DNA of 43,696 bases from Chiloscyllium plagiosum (Eukaryota). Shown here piece by piece: positions 40,901-43,696 of this stretch. The stretch spans positions 51,865,583-51,909,278 of the forward strand of contig NC_057719.1 in assembly GCF_004010195.1 (NCBI RefSeq), read 5' to 3'. Both the position numbers and the translations under genes were made by a program. Position 1 is the first letter of the stretch. The number at the start of each line of letters is the position of its first letter. The notes below the pieces were generated by a model. It was not told the origin of the DNA. It did no database searches and saw only the letters and a program-made list of their open reading frames with translations.

Positions 40901-42884
40901 AGTTACATCACACTTGAAACTTTTGCTATAAATTCTGTGTCTTACGATCTTATACTCCACAACCACCTGATTAAGGAGCAGCGCTCCGAAAGCTAGTGCT
41001 TCCAAGTAAACCTGTCCAACTATAACCTGGTGTTGTGTGATTTTTAATCTGATATAACATGATAATTCAATTCCTGTCCGATCCCGCGTTAAAAAAATTG
41101 CATAATAACAGCACCATTTAAACCAATGGGACCGGAATTGCATTATAGCCTATACAGGTTTGGAAGGGTTGTATTCTACAAATAATGGTCTCAATTATTC
41201 AACTGCATTGAAGAAAAGTGCATCATAGTAGAACCGACTGTATTTAACGTAGTAATCTTACACTGATACATAATTGCATAATGCCACAGATTTAGTTTTT
41301 TGCATTAAAACAGAAGTTTATTATACAAAAGGAATTGAGATAAAGTGCAACTAACAATGTTGTTTTCATATAACACATCTTTAAAGATCTCAAAACACAC
41401 AGCAGAGTAAAATCCCATCTATCCCAACACCATCACTTTACACTGTTTAAATACCAGAGGGAATTCCATTCTCTATCATATCTACAGGTTTAATTTAACT
41501 GTTTATTTCAATTCCCTGTCTTGGCAGCTTGATAGCCTTTTTCTTGAATGAACTCAGTTGTATAAATACATTTTCTCAGCCAAATAATCTCTTTTAGGTT
41601 CTAACCAAATCCCTTATACTTTTGTAACCGATTTCCTAAATATTCTAAATATCTCTCTGGTGGAAACTGCATTTATGTCTAATCCTAGCCATGCCTTCTG
41701 TGAACCAAAATAAAGCTTTACAATCTGTGTCTTTTTAAAACAAAAATAAATCTTCATTCTTTCAAATTATGAGCAAGCTAATGCCTTTCAATGCTGCTCC
41801 CTCTCTCATGGTGAAACCCAAACTTACATTAGCATTTCAGGAAGACTTCCAGTCAGCTGTTCTCTGATACATACTGGTTTAAAATTATGACTCCAGAAAA
41901 TCTGACAAGTTAATTGTTGAACTCCTTAATACACAGACAAAACCCACAGGCTACTGACTTAAAATCCAAACTCTATATATACTTCACACATCATATAACG
42001 CATATGACACAGAACTATCTATGGACTCAAGATCACAATCAAACTTTAGTTGAGAAGAAGTTTCATAAAGAAGGAAAGAATTGTTTGAGGCAGTCCAGGT
42101 TTCCAGAGCTGGAAAGAGACTTAAAAACTACTTTAACAGTTTACATAGTCAGGGCTTTTTTAAAGTTCAGTTAGCAAAGATACGTTACTGAACTAAATGC
42201 TGGTTGTGCACCTCAGGGAGAGACAGTGACAGAAATAATCAAATCTGGTGAATGTGTATAAAGTCACCAAAAGGAACTGTTACTAACCTCTTCATTATGG
42301 TAACACTAGACAAGTCAGATCTCAGAATGAAGCCTGACTTGATGGATTATAAATCCTTTACTTTCACAATTTGGTTCTCATGATAGTCACTTATAACAAG
42401 CAAACACAAGTTTATCACACAAGAACAAAAACTCTACTGTTTATAAGTCAATTTAGAAAGATCCTTACCATGATCAGCAAAAAAGAAAAAATCCTCACAA
42501 TACCCTTTACAGACACTCAATCTCAGCAAAATATTACTTCGATGTTAAATCTTTAATTACTTACTTACAGAGTAGAAGCACAGAAGGAAACCAAGGGAAG
42601 TAAACCCTGGATCCCAAGCCTTCAAAGATCTGAGTGTCATGAATTGGCCTGTCCAATCGTATGAAGATCCACTGAGAAATGCATGTTTCTAAGTAGGCAT
42701 CATTCTTGAACTGAGGGACAGCCGACATTAACCATGTTAACTTATTGTTCAAAATGGTTAAAGCAATCATTGGCAATCAGATGTATCTACAATGATGAAG
42801 TTGTAAATGTTACAGAAACACAGAAACCCCACCCCAGCAGGGATAGGGTATTCTGCTCTACGAGCTTGCTTCACTATTTAATAT

Positions 42885-43367
42885 GACCATAGTTCATCAT
42901 CCAACTCAGTATCCCTTTCCTATTTTCTCCCCATATTCTTTGATCTCGTTAGCCCTAAGAACTACATCTAACTGCTTCTTGAAAACATAAAAGGTTCTGG
43001 CCTCCACTGCTTTTGGTAACACAGAGTTCCACAGACTATCCACTCTCTGGGAGAAGGGATTTCTCTGCATCTCAGTGCAGAATGATCTACCCTGTATTCT
43101 TAGACTGTGACCCGTGGTTTTGGACTCTCTGGTCATCTTTCCTACATTAACCCTGTCTAGTCCTGTTCGAATTCTATATTTCTATGAGAACCACCCTACC
43201 CCCCTCATTCTAGACTCCATTAAATATAGCCCTAATTCAGTCTCTTTTCATATGCCAATCCTTCCATCCCAGGAATAAGTCTGGTAAACCTTCATTGCAC
43301 TCCCTCCTTAGCTAGAATGTCCTTCCTCACATATGGAAACTAAAACTGCACACAATATTCCAGATGC
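42885..43367 (-). mobile_element. Older CR1 LINE 3' fragment
   Basis: GHSLRIQGRSFCTEMQRNPFSQRVDSLWNSVL. Confidence 0.8.
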
Positions 43368-43696
43368 AGTCATAGAGTCTTAGAGATGTACAGCATGGAA
43401 ACAGATCCTTCGGTCCATCCTGTCCATGCCGACCAGATATCCCAACACAATCTAGTCCCACCTGCCAGCACCCGGCCCATATCCCTCCAAACGCTTCCTA
43501 TTCATATACCCATCCAAATGCCTCTTAAATGTTGCAATTGTACCAGCCTCCACCACATCCTCTGGCAGCTCATTCCATACACGTACCACCCTCGGCGTGA
43601 AAACGTTTCACTTAGGTCTCTTTTATATCTTTCCCCTCTCACCCTAAACCTATGCCCTCTAGTTCTGGACTCCCCAACCCCAGGGAAAAGACTTTG
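43368..43696 (-). mobile_element. CR1 LINE 3' end (same family), runs off the window
   Basis: catagagtcttagagatgtacagc tail; near-identical to 12379-12700. Confidence 0.88.

Larger units (their letters stand above)
37317..41047 (-). mobile_element. Penelope-like retroelement, 5'-truncated, with inverted pseudo-LTRs
   Basis: Frameshifted ORF from ~40330 to ~37980 with RT (GRPIVSG, TMDISALYTSIPH, SMGTKFAPQYAN) and GIY-YIG (CDSANIIYLI...IGET...RMNGH); ~37330-37960 and ~40330-41047 are inverted repeats; atataacat repeated at 37299-37307 and 41052-41060. Confidence 0.92.
37287..41240. mobile_element. Tc1/mariner-type MITE split by the Penelope insertion (pieces 37287-~37310 and ~41052-41240)
   Basis: TA-CAGTTTGTTCCAATATAAC ... 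CATAGTAGAACCGACTG-TA: imperfect TIRs with TA flanks. Confidence 0.6.

Noticed and set aside
42569..42710. Possible upstream exon on minus strand (ccctcag ... gtaagtaag, 142 nt, phase 0 to 1)
   Set aside because: The phase would fit, but the peptide FKNDAYLETCISQWIF... is not coiled-coil and shows no resemblance to the expected CCDC175 segment; it lies in repeat-like sequence.

Overview
Vertebrate genomic DNA, inferred from its repeat content (HE1-type SINE, shark-type CR1 and Penelope families) to be a cartilaginous fish, probably a carpet/bamboo shark. The window is mostly intronic. Eight phase-compatible GT-AG coding exons on the minus strand (33561 to 8515, 1000 nt, open reading frame) encode a coiled-coil protein I recognise as CCDC175-like. 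The intron at 19537-30168 holds a 7.1-kb class I endogenous retrovirus of the HERV-I/HERVIP10-related lineage (20807-27925, minus, same sense as the host gene). It has both LTRs, a tRNA-Pro-like PBS, frameshifted gag and pro-pol, and an env reduced to its TM and tail. Two structures stand out. (1) The 5' LTR U3 carries a 247-bp captured copy of the viral leader, splice donor and gag start, absent from the 3' LTR and more diverged than the LTR pair. (2) A near-perfect palindrome with 97-bp arms, derived from a Penelope pseudo-LTR, sits in the protease gene and places an intact minimal hammerhead ribozyme on each strand. The rest is nested decayed transposons: CR1, Tx1, RTE, several Penelope families with hammerheads, SINEs, Tc1/mariner-type MITEs and Gypsy remnants. 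All identities are manual counts, and all family assignments come from recalled motifs rather than database searches.
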